Below, piece by piece: positions 47,832-58,683 of a DNA stretch of 64,000 nucleotides. The DNA is taken from positions 448,001 to 512,000 of the forward strand of contig CP136572.1 of NCBI GenBank assembly GCA_035193785.1. The letters are read 5' to 3'. The translations under genes were made by a program, and so were the position numbers. How positions within the stretch are numbered: the first letter of the stretch is position 1; every line of letters starts with the position of its first letter. The stretch comes from Planktothrix sp. GU0601_MAG3 (GTDB taxonomy: Bacteria; Cyanobacteriota; Cyanobacteriia; Cyanobacteriales; Microcoleaceae). The notes under the pieces are model-generated. The model worked only from the letters and a program-made list of their open reading frames with translations. It did not search any database and was not told the DNA's origin.

Positions 47832-48999
47832 TCAGGCTTTAATTATCGAAATCACCCAATCAAAGGTTTTTAGGACTTGTTGCAATACGGTTTTATCTTC
47901 TAAGTTGGATAACTGTAATGTTGGTTTCCCGATATTCCGTAGGTTCTAAAGGGAGAGATAAACCGATCGCACTCAATTTATTTCTGAGTTCTAACCATTT
48001 TTCCTGTCGATCAAAAGGTGGTTGAGAACCATATTTATTAGAAGAAATTTCTAAACGTCCTGAAATATCAACGGTAAATAACTTTAACTGTTTTCGACCT
48101 TTTTCTTTCTGTTGTAATAAAGCCGTAAACCCACCATAAACATCTCCCGTTCCCCACTGTATAATAATTTCCGGTTCCTGAAGTTTTGCCCAATTATGGA
48201 TTTCTTGGGCTATTTTTGTTTCATCCTCTCCCCGACGCAGTTGGAGTGCTTCAAAAAAGGAAACTTCATCCCAACGGCGGCGTTCTCCCGTCGCACTGGA
48301 TTTTTTCTGTTGGGCTTCCGCCGTCTGACCAATTAACCGAGGAACTAAGGTTTTTAAGCCATCTTGACTAACATATTGTTTAATTTCTAAAGCCAAAACC
48401 TCCACTAAATCCGTTTGTTTATTCAGAAATTCTACCACCCGTCTTAAGGGATTATTAATCTCATCTGCAACAAAGACCAAACGCAGTTTTCCCGCCTGTA
48501 GATTCGTTTTAACTTTTTGCCAAAATCCATCTTCATTCAGATCTGAACCTAAAAATTCTTCAAACACTTGTTCAGGATCTCGACCTTGATCTCGACAATT
48601 GGCTTCAAATTGAGAAATAATTGATTCCATCGGCCAATATAATCCTAAATTCGCCGCATTATCTAACATCTGACCAATCATTTTTTGTCGAGTTTCCACA
48701 TTTCGGCTGCGTTTAACTGTGACCAATGTAGGAATAGAATTCTGATCCAAAAATAAATGATCGATTGACCAGCGACCCCCATTATCTTCCTCCGTCGGAA
48801 GGTTTACGTCCCGGGAAATTAATAACCACCGCCGCACAGACGTACCATGGCGCGTCTGTACTTGATCCATTTCATCCCCGGCTAAAAGATTGGGATAGGT
48901 CTCTAACAATTCCTGTATTTGGTCTTCAGAATCATAGGGCTGTTCCATCATTTCAACCAGCCGATCATTATCCTGAATGAGATAAATCCCTCCACCCAT
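47832..48999 (-). CDS. Hypothetical protein, probable PD-(D/E)XK/NucS-like nuclease fold (frameshift at 47924)
   Basis: EDQIQELL..P, SIDHLFLD..PTLVTVKR, IGQMLD; correction extends the ORF to TGA at 47832. Confidence 0.6.
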
Positions 49000-49042
49000 A
49001 TTATTTACCTATTTAATTCCTAGATTCAGTGATTTCTAATGC

Positions 49043-49888
49043 TTAATAATTTCCCGTAAACACCCGTTGTGCTGGCCCGGTCATATATAAATGTTGATCT
49101 TGATTTGACCATTCAATCTCAAGACAACCTCCGGGTAATTCCACTGTAACAACAAAATCGCAATTTCCTGTTAAAATTCCAGCAACCACAGAAGCACAAG
49201 CTCCCGTTCCACAGGCTAGAGTTGCACCAGCACCCCGTTCCCATACCCGCATTTTGAGATAATTGCGGTTAATCACTTGAATAAATTCCGTATTGATGCG
49301 TTCAGGGAAAACGGCATGATGCTCAAATAAAGGGCCGATTTCTGCGAGTTTAATTTCCTCAACATCCTCTACAAAGGTAATACAATGGGGGTTTCCCATA
49401 CTCACACAGGTGACATTCCAAGAATGTCCAGCTACTAATAGGGGAACATCAACTACTTTCTCATCGGCGGCGGCCAGGGTGGTGGGAATTTCCCGGGCTA
49501 ACAGTCGTGGAAGTCCCATATCCACTTTAACTTGGCCGTTGGCTTGTAATACCGGAGTAATCACACCCGCTAGGGTATGGATTTTGTAGCTTACGGGGGA
49601 GGTACTCGGATCGCGGTTTTCCAGTTCAGCGATAAATTTAGCTAGACAGCGAATTCCGTTTCCACACATCTGAGGTTCCGAACCATCGGAGTTGAAAATT
49701 CGCATGGTATAGTCAGTGTTGGAGGTTCCACTGTTCGCGAAGATCACGCCGTCAGCACCAATGCCAAAATTGCGATCGCACATTTCTATGGCTTGTTCTG
49801 GGGTAATTGGGGGTTCTGACTGATGGCGATTATCAATCAGGATGAAATCATTCCCTAAACCGTGATATTTCGTAAATGTAATGGTCAT
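49043..49888 (-). CDS. dapF: Diaminopimelate epimerase
   Basis: [36 protein letters not shown]. Confidence 0.97.
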   Translation of the reverse strand: MTITFTKYHGLGNDFILIDNRHQSEPPITPEQAIEMCDRNFGIGADGVIFANSGTSNTDYTMRIFNSDGSEPQMCGNGIRCLAKFIAELENRDPSTSPVSYKIHTLAGVITPVLQANGQVKVDMGLPRLLAREIPTTLAAADEKVVDVPLLVAGHSWNVTCVSMGNPHCITFVEDVEEIKLAEIGPLFEHHAVFPERINTEFIQVINRNYLKMRVWERGAGATLACGTGACASVVAGILTGNCDFVVTVELPGGCLEIEWSNQDQHLYMTGPAQRVFTGNY

Positions 49889-50011
49889 AAATTTCTCCAC
49901 TGAAGCTGGTTATTTTAACTAGGGGCGTTGGGTCGAGGGTTGATCAAAAAGTTGGAAATCCCTGACTCGTTATCTATTATCCTTTTATCGTTGAATTAAA
50001 AACAACTCCTT

Positions 50012-50221
50012 ATGTCTGAATTTAATACGGATTTACCCAGCATTCGCAAAGTTCAAGGGTATACCAAGGATAAAAACTCAGTGGAAGTTAAACTGCTAAC
50101 GAATGATCTTCTCGTAGGAACGATTATTTGGCAAGATCCCAACTGTATTTGTTTGCAAGACCTAAACAACCTACAAGTCTTGATTTGGCGACATTCGATT
50201 GCTTTTATTCGTCCCAAATAG
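50012..50221 (+). CDS. hfq: Cyanobacterial RNA chaperone Hfq
   Basis: LPSIRKVQ..VEVKLLTND..G.IIWQD Sm fold; adjacent to dapF as in other cyanobacteria. Confidence 0.88.
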   Translation: MSEFNTDLPSIRKVQGYTKDKNSVEVKLLTNDLLVGTIIWQDPNCICLQDLNNLQVLIWRHSIAFIRPK

Positions 50222-50664
50222 GAGACCTATTCAGCATAACCGTTATACAACAATGGTTTTAGCCAATCCTCCTTCCCTATGGGAGGTGTCCTGGTGCTAA
50301 ATTGTGGCGTAATTTTCAAAACCCCGTAATATTACGGAGATTCAAACTCGATAATATTAACAACATCATTCCCCAACTCAGCCTAGATTTCCTACAATTT
50401 ATATATAAGTTTACCCCTCTCTCCATAGGAACTTTGGTCAATGCTTCAAATAAAAGCTGATCTCTATAAAGGTTCTGTAAAACTTCCAAGATTTTTTATA
50501 AATACGGGTAAAAAACTAATAAACTTTGCTATTGTATTTATTAACGGCTTGTATGTAATCACTCTGGTTGCTGAGATGTCCCACTCCCAGGAGACAGACA
50601 GGGAAACAGAGTTATGAGTTCAGGGTCACAGTAACCAGTAGGATATTCGCAAACAGGAGTCCCA

Positions 50665-51435
50665 ATGAAAACTACATTCTTCACAACCTTAATCTCCACC
50701 CTAGCTTTAACCGGGATTTGCGCAGCCTCGGCTCAAGCATTTACCTTCAAAACCAACTACACCACATCAGATACAAGTAAGTGGAAAAGCGACATCTCTT
50801 TGAGTTCAGTCGAAATTGGCAGTAAGACCTACAGCAATTTCTCCCTGGTCGAAGATGTTAATATCATCCAAAATGATCTCTGGAAAGGTGGCAATACAGG
50901 CGCAGCCAGTAGCGACAAAGGGGATAATGCTTCTGGGGTGCAGGTGGAAAATCCAACGGGAAGTAATTTAGCAGCCTCTCTAGGAAATTTAAACCTCAGC
51001 AATATTGTTGATACCGAGGACGGTGGCAAATTTACCCTAGACTTGTTCTTTGGCAAACCCGTGGATAATTTCCTGTTCTTTGAACGCGGTAAAAACAGTC
51101 AACTCAGAGTTCAAGCCTTGGATACAAGTGGTAACTTGATTGGCAACTCCATTAAACTATATTCATCAGAATGGCAGGATGCCGGTTATAGCCTTGACAC
51201 CACAGAAATCGGTGGTGCTCAAAAAGTAGGGTCTTTAGGAGTCAGTTTGTTTGATTTAGGACTGGCCGATGCTAAATCTTTTGGTGGTCTACGGTTAATC
51301 AGCAAATCTGATTATGTGGGCCCTGATTTTAAAGTGGTGGGTCTAAATGTGGCCGTTCCTGAACCCACGACTGTTTTAGGATTAGGTTTAGTGGGTGCTG
51401 CTTTAGCCATGTCTCGTCGCAAAAAAGCTCAATAA
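50665..51435 (+). CDS. PEP-CTERM (exosortase-dependent) surface protein, XDP2-like
   Basis: Signal peptide (ASAQA), VPEPTT-hydrophobic-RRKK tail. Confidence 0.85.
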   Translation: MKTTFFTTLISTLALTGICAASAQAFTFKTNYTTSDTSKWKSDISLSSVEIGSKTYSNFSLVEDVNIIQNDLWKGGNTGAASSDKGDNASGVQVENPTGSNLAASLGNLNLSNIVDTEDGGKFTLDLFFGKPVDNFLFFERGKNSQLRVQALDTSGNLIGNSIKLYSSEWQDAGYSLDTTEIGGAQKVGSLGVSLFDLGLADAKSFGGLRLISKSDYVGPDFKVVGLNVAVPEPTTVLGLGLVGAALAMSRRKKAQ

Positions 51436-51481
51436 GGCATATCCATTGAAGAAACTAATATTAGACATCTTTAAATTAACT

Positions 51482-51522
51482 ACCGCCCCTAAAAACAACG
51501 GTACGAGGGGCGGTTTGATTTT
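51482..51522 (+). terminator. Intrinsic terminator-like hairpin
   Basis: ACCGCCCCT...AGGGGCGGT followed by TTGATTT; similar hairpin after the paralog (about 52870-52913). Confidence 0.55.
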
Positions 51523-51653
51523 ATAACACTTGCCGAGAACACCCTATCCCCTTGTGGGTGTGGCAGTTGACAGATTATGGGAGGGAATATCGGCACAGGA
51601 CTATTTAGCTATTTAGTCCAACTTCCCTAGGGCAACCCGGATTTTCCATAATA

Positions 51654-51766
51654 TATAGCAGTTGCCACATCTGTTAGGACATTCTTGAAAGCTAAAAGCT
51701 GCTCATAGTAAGTATTTACCCATTGCCCATAGCCAGATTGCCTATTCCCTATTGCCTCTTGCTATA
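51654..51766 (+). repeat. TATAGCA...GTTAGGACA...TGCTATA miniature element
   Basis: Terminal inverted TATAGCA/TGCTATA and conserved internal GTTAGGACA. Confidence 0.65.
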
Positions 51767-52039
51767 AATACAGGAATTTGGGAGAGCGATCCTATTTTTT
51801 TATAGAAATTTCATCAACCCTTTAAACAAAAGCTGATCTCTATAAAAGTTATGTAAAACTTTTAGCAATTTTGATCAATACCGATGACATATCCTGCCAA
51901 TTTGTTATTGTGTTATTAACGACTTGTATGTAATAACTCTGGTTGCTGAAATGTCCCATTCTAAGGAGACACTCAGAAAAACAGAGTCACGAGTTCGGGG
52001 TCTAAGTGACCAGTAGGATATTCACACACAGGAGTCTCA

Positions 52040-52823
52040 ATGAAAACTACATTCTTCACAACATTAATCTCCACCCTAGCTTTAACCGGGATTTGCGCGA
52101 CCTCGGCTCAAGCATTCACCTTCAAAACCAACTACACAGAGGATGCCAACCAATCCCAAGGTGACATTTACCTCAACTCCGTCGAATTTGGTGGCAAAGT
52201 TCGTACGGATTTTGCCCTAGTTAATAAAGTCAATATTCTTCAAAACGATCTCTGGACGGGTGGAAATACCGGGGCAGCGAGTGCCGATAAAGCCGACTTT
52301 GCCACCGTGGGTATCACCGAAGAAAACTTAACCAGTGCCGGTGCAGTTCAAGCCCAAGGCAACCGCTACCTCAGCAGTATTATTGATACTGAGGAATACG
52401 GCAAATTCAGTATGGATATTTTCTTCGACCAACCCGTTGATAACATCTTGGCTTGGGAACGGATGAATGCGGACAATAGTTTAATGGATGTTATTGCCTT
52501 AGATTCAGTTGGGAATGTCATTGGTAACTTGCTGACTTTAGGTCAAGGAGCCTTTGGCTGGACGGAAGCTGGATATAGTTTGGATACCACAGAAATTGGC
52601 GGCGCTCAAAAAGTTGGGTCTGTAGGCCTGAGTCTGGCTGACCTAGGAGTGGGTGGTAAGTCCATTGCCGGACTGCGAGTGTCCAGTCGGGGTGCTGGTT
52701 ATTTTGGCCCAGACTGGAAAATTGTGGGAACCCAAGCGGCTGTTTCCTGAACCCGCGACTGTTTTAGGATTAGGTTTAGTGGGTGCTGCTTTAGCTGTGT
52801 CTCGCCGTAAAAAAGCTCAATAA
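52040..52823 (+). CDS. PEP-CTERM surface protein, paralog (frameshift at 52742)
   Basis: Near-identical signal peptide; correction restores VPEPATVLGLGLVGAALAVSRRKKAQ*. Confidence 0.85.
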
Positions 52824-53115
52824 GACCTATCTGTTGAATTAGTTAATATTAGACATCTATAAATTAACCGCCGCCCCATGAAATGAAAACATGATGGGGG
52901 GCGGTTTGATTTTATAGGTGTAGCCGTCGCACGACTCACGGTAATAGAATTAATAGATGAATAAAAAATGATAATATTGTCCAAATAACTTCAGTACCCC
53001 AAGGCGACGGTGGGTTAAAATGAAGGCTTGATAAATTAGTATCAAAAGTTACAGTTAACCGTTCTCTAAAAATCTTATATCTCAATTACCTTAAAAAAAA
53101 TAGGGGCAAAAGGCT

Positions 53116-54549
53116 GTGCGATTTCAATCTTACGATCCGGGTGAATTCTACGATGAACTGTTTGTGGCAAAGGGACAACCTCGTTCCTATGCAGCCCAAT
53201 TAATAGATCGAATTAATTCTTTATCCCCAGGGGATTTAGAAATTCGACAGGAAGCGGCTAAAACAGCAATGATGAAATTGGGAGCAACTTTTAACGTTTA
53301 TAATGATAGTCAAGGCACAGAAAGAATATTACCCTTTGACTTAATTCCTAGAATTGTTTCTGCTTCAGAGTGGGTTCATTTAGAACGAGGATTAAAGCAA
53401 CGTATTCATGTATTAAATTTATTTATTAATGATATCTATGGAGAGCAAAAAATTGTTAAAGATGGAATTATTCCCGAAGAATTAATCTTATCTTCTAAAG
53501 GATTTCTTAAACCCTGTATGGGATTAAAACCCCCCCAGGGAATTTGGTGTCATATTACTGGGACAGATTTAGTAAGAGATCGAGAGGGAAAATGGTACGT
53601 TCTCGAAGATAATTTACGCTGTCCCTCGGGGGTTTCCTATGTTTTAGAAAATCGCCGGGTGATGAAAAGCACATTTCCCCAACTTTTTGCTAAATTAGGG
53701 ATTCAACCCGTTGATGAATACCCCAGTCATTTATTAGATACTTTGCTGAATTTAGTCGGAGATCATATTAATAATCCGACGGTAGTTGTTTTAACTCCGG
53801 GGATGTATAATTCTGCCTACTTTGAACATTCCTTTTTAGCCCAACAAATGGGGGTAGAATTGGTCGAAGGACGGGATTTAGTGGTGAGTGATGGCTATGT
53901 ACAAATGCGAACCACAAAGGGATTAAAACGGGTGGATGTGATTTATCGTCGAATTGATGATACTTTTATTGATCCGTTAGTATTTAATCCCGAATCAATG
54001 TTAGGAGTTCCTGGGTTAACGGAAGTCTATCGCAATGGTCGAGTTGCTCTGGCGAATGCTTTGGGAACCGGAATTGCGGATGATAAAGTGATTTATGCTT
54101 ATGTTCCCCAAATGATTCAATATTATTTAGGAGAAGAACAAATTTTATCCAATGTTCCGACCTATTTATGTTGGGAACCCAAACAACTAGAATATGTGCT
54201 AAATCATCTGGATCAATTAGTCGTTAAAGCGGCGAATGAAGCGGGGGGATATGGGATGTTAGTTGGAACCCAATCTACTGAAGTAGAACGTCAAGAATTT
54301 GCTGAAAAAATCAAGGCGAATCCCCGAAATTATATTGCACAACCGACATTATCTTTATCTCGGGTTCCTACCTTACTCGGAGATACTTTTGAAGGGTGTC
54401 ACGTTGATTTAAGACCCTATATTTTATATGGTGAAGATATCTATATTCATCCGGGGGGATTAACTAGGGTGGCGATGAAAAAAGGATCATTAGTTGTTAA
54501 TTCTTCTCAAGGAGGAGGGAGTAAGGATACTTGGGTTTTATGTGAATAA
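53116..54549 (+). CDS. Circularly permuted type 2 ATP-grasp protein
   Basis: VLEDNLRCPSGVSY, NSAYFEH, GGLTRVA, VVNSSQGGGSKDTWV. Confidence 0.92.
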   Translation: MRFQSYDPGEFYDELFVAKGQPRSYAAQLIDRINSLSPGDLEIRQEAAKTAMMKLGATFNVYNDSQGTERILPFDLIPRIVSASEWVHLERGLKQRIHVLNLFINDIYGEQKIVKDGIIPEELILSSKGFLKPCMGLKPPQGIWCHITGTDLVRDREGKWYVLEDNLRCPSGVSYVLENRRVMKSTFPQLFAKLGIQPVDEYPSHLLDTLLNLVGDHINNPTVVVLTPGMYNSAYFEHSFLAQQMGVELVEGRDLVVSDGYVQMRTTKGLKRVDVIYRRIDDTFIDPLVFNPESMLGVPGLTEVYRNGRVALANALGTGIADDKVIYAYVPQMIQYYLGEEQILSNVPTYLCWEPKQLEYVLNHLDQLVVKAANEAGGYGMLVGTQSTEVERQEFAEKIKANPRNYIAQPTLSLSRVPTLLGDTFEGCHVDLRPYILYGEDIYIHPGGLTRVAMKKGSLVVNSSQGGGSKDTWVLCE

Positions 54550-54604
54550 ATCTGGATCACGGATTTAAGAGGATTTCACGGATTTCACGGATTTTAATCT
54601 GTGT

Positions 54605-54700
54605 TATAGCAGGGAACAGGGAACACCGCAGGAAAAGATGGGTGTACGGTGCACGGTTTTAGCATCAGTCTATTTCCTAACACCCCAGGCGCGACTGATA
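54605..54700 (-). mobile_element. Miniature element inserted in a CACGGATT repeat, flanked by a 10-bp direct repeat
   Basis: TAATCTGTGT at 54595-54604 and 54701-54710; the copies at 10273-10443 have it once. Confidence 0.65.
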
Positions 54701-54817
54701 TAATCTGTGTTAATCTGCGTAATCCTCTTAAATCTGTGATCGGATTTCACGGATTTCACGGATTTTTTTTGGTGCGGATTCATCATATTCAACGGTAAAC
54801 CGTTAACAATTTTTAAT

Positions 54818-55808
54818 ATGTTAAGTCGTGTTGCAGATTCTATTTATTGGTTAAATCGTTATGTAGAACGGGCGGAAAATATTGCTCGTTTTATTGACGT
54901 TAATCAAAATTTGTTATTAGATTCTCCCTCTGGTGTTCAACAACAGTGGAAACCAATTGTTGTGACGACGGGAGATTTAGAACTATTTAAAGAACGCTAT
55001 GGAGAAGCGACGGCGGAAAATGTGATTCGTTTTTTGACGTTTGATAGTAATTATCCCAGTTCTATTTTATCTTGTGTGCGGGCAGCCCGGGAAAATGCTC
55101 GTTCAGTTCGAGAAATTATTTCCTCGGAAATGTGGGAACAGGTGAATGAATTTTATATGATGGTTAGAGATGCGGCTTTGGGAGATGGTTCCTCTCAACT
55201 CTCGGATTTCTTCTATCAAGTGAAAATGCGCGGACACCTGTTTGCGGGGGTGATGGACGCTACGATGTCCCATAATGAAGGGTGGCATTTTGGCAATATG
55301 GGGAGATTATTAGAACGGGCGGATAAAACCTCCCGAATTTTAGATGTCAAGTATTATATTTTGTTACCTTCGGTACAGGATGTGGGAACAACTATTGATG
55401 AAATTCAGTGGATTGCCTTGTTAAAATCTGCTAGTGCTTATGAAATGTATCGGAAACACAAACAACACCGAATTACACCCTCTCGAGTGGTGGAATTTTT
55501 AATCTTAGATCGAGAGTTTCCCCGTTCAATTGAATATTGTTTGTTACAGGCGGAGCGATCGCTGCAATGTATTACCGGAAACTAGCCCCGGAACTTGGCA
55601 AAATCCCGCCGAACGGGAGTTGGGACGGTTGCGTTCTGAACTCGATTATCTGACTATTGAAGAAATTATGCAAACCGGAATTCATGAATTTTTAGATGAT
55701 TTACAAAATCGGATGAATCATGTCGGTGAGCGAATTTATGAGGCCTTTTTTGCCCTGCAACCGGTGGTTAGTCCCCTTGTCCAGACTCAAACTCAAGTCA
55801 GTTCCTGA
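54818..55808 (+). CDS. Alpha-E domain protein (frameshift at 55578)
   Basis: MLSRVADSIYWLNRYVERAEN, ARENAR, LERAD, FPRS. Confidence 0.92.
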
Positions 55809-56046
55809 TCGATTCTATTTGGTGATTTGGCTCTCCTGCAACCCCCAAGACCTCCAAATCTTCGGTTTCCATGGCCGTTAACCGACTTTGGAAGACATCA
55901 CCCCGATTCAAGGGACATCCGAGATCCAATTGACCGTGGTGATTGTCTGGGGTGACAACTTTTAAGATTCGTGAGTTGCCATGACCGGGCGTGGTAAAAT
56001 GTGTAAAAATTCGCCCACATAATTTTTCCCAGAGGTATATTAATTC

Positions 56047-56184
56047 ATGGAAGCAACACTGCTGTTAGCAAAGCTACCCGAAGCTTACTCTATTTTTAGC
56101 CCGGTTGTTGACATTCTGCCCGTTATCCCCGTATTTTTCCTATTGTTGGCTTTCGTTTGGCAAGCCTCCGTGGGATTCAAATAA
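56047..56184 (+). CDS. psbK: Photosystem II reaction centre protein K
   Basis: Manual translation [45 protein letters not shown]. Confidence 0.96.
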   Translation: MEATLLLAKLPEAYSIFSPVVDILPVIPVFFLLLAFVWQASVGFK

Positions 56185-56302
56185 GAAAACAAGTTTAAGC
56201 TATCAGCGTCCAGTTAGAAAATTATGGGGTTTTCTCAACCCGATCTAGGGTTTAACCTCCCAATCTTTTTAACTTTACGCTGATAGCCTTTTCCTATTAA
56301 TA

Positions 56303-56860
56303 TTATTTTTTTCCACCAATTGTTTTTTGGAAAGCCGGTCTTTCGTTTAACCGTTGAATATATTCTAATACCGCCGGATAGGGGCTTAAATCCAACTGCA
56401 ACATCAGGGGAATATAGGCTAAAATCGAGCCGACTGCAATATCAGCTACGGTCAATTCATCACCCATTAAAAAGGGTTGTTGACTCAGAATTTTATTTAA
56501 AGGATTGAGTAAACGGGGGGTTTCTTTTTCCCGATTCGCTTCTATAAAAATCCCCGTTCCCAAGGTAGCATTACCAAATAATACCCATTGTGTAATGATA
56601 GCTCGTTCTTCAACAGAATCGGGTAGTTTTCCATGTTTTTCGGCTAAATATAATAGAATCGCGCCGGACTCCCACAGTTGAAAATCATCTTCCACAATAG
56701 CTGGAACTTTACCAATCGGATTAATTGATAAAAATTCAGGTTGCAGGTGTTCTCCCGCCGCCATATCTAATAAAATAAACTCGTAGGGAACCCCAATTTC
56801 CTCTAAATACCATTGAACAATTGAGGCCCGACTGCGACCGCCACCATATAGTTTTAACAT
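56303..56860 (-). CDS. Glutathione S-transferase family protein
   Basis: INPIGKVPA, LWESGAILLYL, TVADI. Confidence 0.92.
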   Translation of the reverse strand: MLKLYGGGRSRASIVQWYLEEIGVPYEFILLDMAAGEHLQPEFLSINPIGKVPAIVEDDFQLWESGAILLYLAEKHGKLPDSVEERAIITQWVLFGNATLGTGIFIEANREKETPRLLNPLNKILSQQPFLMGDELTVADIAVGSILAYIPLMLQLDLSPYPAVLEYIQRLNERPAFQKTIGGKK

Positions 56861-56928
56861 GGATCTTTATCCTTTTTTAAGATGAGAACTTACTCGAAAA
56901 GTGTATCATAAAATTAGAAAGACAAATT

Positions 56929-57310
56929 GCGTTATTAAGTCAGACTAATGATCCCGCCCTAGTTTTAACTCAAATCTCCCAAATAACTGAACAAATTGCA
57001 GATCGGCAAGTTCAAAGTAATTTAATGGCTGCATCTGCAATTCTCGCCGGATTGGTGTTAGAACCAGAAGTCATTCAACGGATTATCAGGAGTGATATTA
57101 TGCAAGAATCTACCATGTATCAAGAAATTTTACGACAAGGGAAAGAACAGGGTCGTGCTGAAGGTCGTGCCCAAGCCTTAAAACAAGTGGCAATTCTATT
57201 ACTCAAAATGGGCATGAGTTTAGAACAAATTGCCGAAACAACAAAATTAACCGTTTCCCCAAATTCAAGCCTTAGAAAAAAGCCAAGAACAGGACAATCA
57301 AAATAATTAA
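56929..57310 (+). pseudogene. C-terminal fragment of an Rpn-family protein
   Basis: ILAGLVL..IMQESTMYQEI..GRAEG..MSLEQIA; N-terminal nuclease domain absent. Confidence 0.65.
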
Positions 57311-57388
57311 AAAAAATGGGAGGCAATTTCGGTAAAAATCAAGCTAATACCAAGGGATTTTGCCCCCATTGAAATCTCTTAAATAGAA

Positions 57389-57853
57389 TTATAGAACTTG
57401 GTGGGTATAAGCGTGTTGTTTGACATTATCTTCATTCCGAATCATCCGTTCAGAATTTAAAACCCGTTTTCGTTCTAAGGAGTAGTTAAATTCTTTAAAA
57501 CTGGTTCCTAAAGGAATATGCAGTTTAGCTTGGGGTCGATTCTTGTAAGTGCGAGTGGCGGCGATCGCCCGATCGCTAAAATTCTCGCAAAAATGGGCAT
57601 CTGTTGTTAATTCCGGGGGAATTTTAGCCTCTGCATCCGTTAAAATAGAACCTAATGTCACCGCCAAAGCCACTTCGTAGGAAGTCGGAACCCCTTTCAG
57701 AATTGCCTCTAAAGCCGCTGAGGGAATGGGTTCAACCACTTTCACTTGATGAACTTCCCCATCTTCTTTAATAAAACAGGTCGCTAAACCAATGACGACA
57801 TAATCATCGGTGGAGACATCGGGGGCGTTAGGATAAGCTGTTGCAGTTGTCAT
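57389..57853 (-). CDS. Conserved cyanobacterial hypothetical protein
   Basis: DYVVIGLATCF..EPIPSA..KRVLN..DNVKQH; start placed at MTTAT (ORF track starts at 57907). Confidence 0.75.
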   Translation of the reverse strand: MTTATAYPNAPDVSTDDYVVIGLATCFIKEDGEVHQVKVVEPIPSAALEAILKGVPTSYEVALAVTLGSILTDAEAKIPPELTTDAHFCENFSDRAIAATRTYKNRPQAKLHIPLGTSFKEFNYSLERKRVLNSERMIRNEDNVKQHAYTHQVL

Positions 57854-58036
57854 AAAAATCAAAAAGTTCAGAATTCCAAGAATCATTCGCTGGTTGCATT
57901 GTACCAAGTTCCGATCTTCCCCATCTGACTCGAATTAGACTCCGAAAGTGTCTAAACCCTTGCCTAAGTTTAACAACAGGGATATTGTTAAAGTCACGGT
58001 GCTTCACATTTTGCTAAGATATTTAACCAAACTTTA

Positions 58037-58517
58037 TCAAAACTCCTCTGGGATTTTCCGTTGGACTTGAGCAATGGCCACCGTTACCGCCTGTCCGATC
58101 TGAGGTGTTGATACCCGATAAATTTGCTTAGAAACCAGTAGGGTTTTAACTCCGGCGGCTTGTAAGGCGGCGGCTTCGGCCACACTTGGTGTTCCCACAG
58201 CCTTCGTGACCCCCGCCGAGGGGTTAGGAACCTGCACAGCCCGCAATATTTCCGAGGAGAAGGTGCGTAATGGCCAATCTTTGGCTTGGCACAATTCCAC
58301 TAACCCGGGTTTCATTGCCTTTCTGATCTAAAGTGGCAATACCGGCGATCGCATTTTCCCCTAAATTATACCGTTGTAAAACCTGCTGAATTGCCGTTTC
58401 AATTAGACTTCTCGGGGTTAACCGTCCACAACCGACACCGACCCATAACACCTTGGGGAACCACTGGCTTTCAGGAGTATCAAATCTTACCATCTTTTGC
58501 CATTGAAAAAAACTCAT
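58037..58517 (-). CDS. Cobalamin biosynthesis CbiG C-terminal/CobE-like protein (frameshift at 58309)
   Basis: LWVGVGC, IATLDQK, GTPSVAEAAAL, VTVAIA. Confidence 0.82.
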
Positions 58518-58683
58518 CGAGTAACAGTAATAGATTAAGATAGAGAAATTGTTTCTTTAATGATCATCAATGGGAAAAACCCCTATTTATAGAATTATCG
58601 GGTATTGAGGCATCGTTAAACCGACTCAAACTTGTGAATCATTTGTCAATTTTTATTTTAGGTAAAAAGGCGGAGCATCTATA

